A stretch of 64,000 nt of DNA from Bilabrum cf. latius (lineage: Eukaryota), in assembly GCA_965178125.1 (NCBI GenBank), contig OZ237738.1, positions 1,426,001 through 1,490,000 on the forward strand, given 5' to 3'. Each line of letters starts with the position of its first letter. Position 1 is the first letter of the stretch. The position numbers and the translations under genes were made by a program. Shown here in pieces: positions 63,620 to 64,000 of this stretch. The notes under the pieces are model-generated. The model ran no database searches, was not told where the DNA came from, and was given only the letters and a program-made list of their open reading frames with translations.

Positions 63620-64000
63620 ATGTCATCTTCCGAAGGCTTTGAGCTTACTTTGAGCGCGGGATCTTTGAGCGCTGCGCAGGCTCGCAAGTATGAACGATCC
63701 GCGCTCGATGGGACCACTCTACCAAAAGGGGTTCCTCTCCCTGCATCCGATCCTAGAGTGGATCCTCTGTCCAGGCTATTTGTTAAGAATGACAAATCTC
63801 CCTTGGAATTGTTTTAGAAGAGGCTGGTGCGTTTGCTGGTGCCAAGCGCGAGGATCCAGCGCCACCTGCTGAACTTGAAGGAGGCTGTTCCTATGCCAGA
63901 GGACGGTACCGATGAGCAGGATGACGCGAAGGGCTTGGTCAGTAGGATGCAAGGGTCAGCTCTGCGCCAGCCCCCCGGGCAACCCGTGGTGATTATTATG
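63620..64000 (+). CDS. 5' part of a gene running off the window (unknown product)
   Basis: ATG at 63620 and one TAG at 63815. The frame stays open to the end ('...PPGQPVVIIM'), a hydrophobic strand of the kind that precedes a P-loop. Confidence 0.55.

Overview
This is a gene-dense, GC-rich nuclear window from a flagellated eukaryote, with GT-AG introns, SmD3, CPSF2, GINS1, DRC11/IQCA1 and a SAS-6-like gene. The style resembles heterotrophic stramenopiles such as bicosoecids, but that taxon is only an inference. The main result is a non-standard nuclear genetic code: TAG is a sense codon, almost certainly glutamine. The supplied ORF track fragments most genes at TAG. Reading TAG as Gln joins the fragments into 21 host genes (19 complete, 2 running off the window edges), including a ~3,940-aa ferlin with 15 in-frame TAGs. 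TAG falls on conserved Gln columns, for example SAS-6-like 'EE*KLMV' and 'DFI*NMEYKF', and GBP 'STI*SCTKG'. By hand count there are about 70 in-frame TAGs and no in-frame TAA, and all 19 complete host genes end in TGA, so the meaning of TAA is unresolved here. The second notable region, 11.8-22.3 kb, is a tandem array of three ubiquitin-domain fusion genes. Their ubiquitin units vary strongly, with different chain-forming lysines lost in each copy. They are separated by duplicated Lon 3' ends and by two different, probably retrotransposon-derived inserts at the same site. All protein identifications rest on motif recognition by eye, not database searches.
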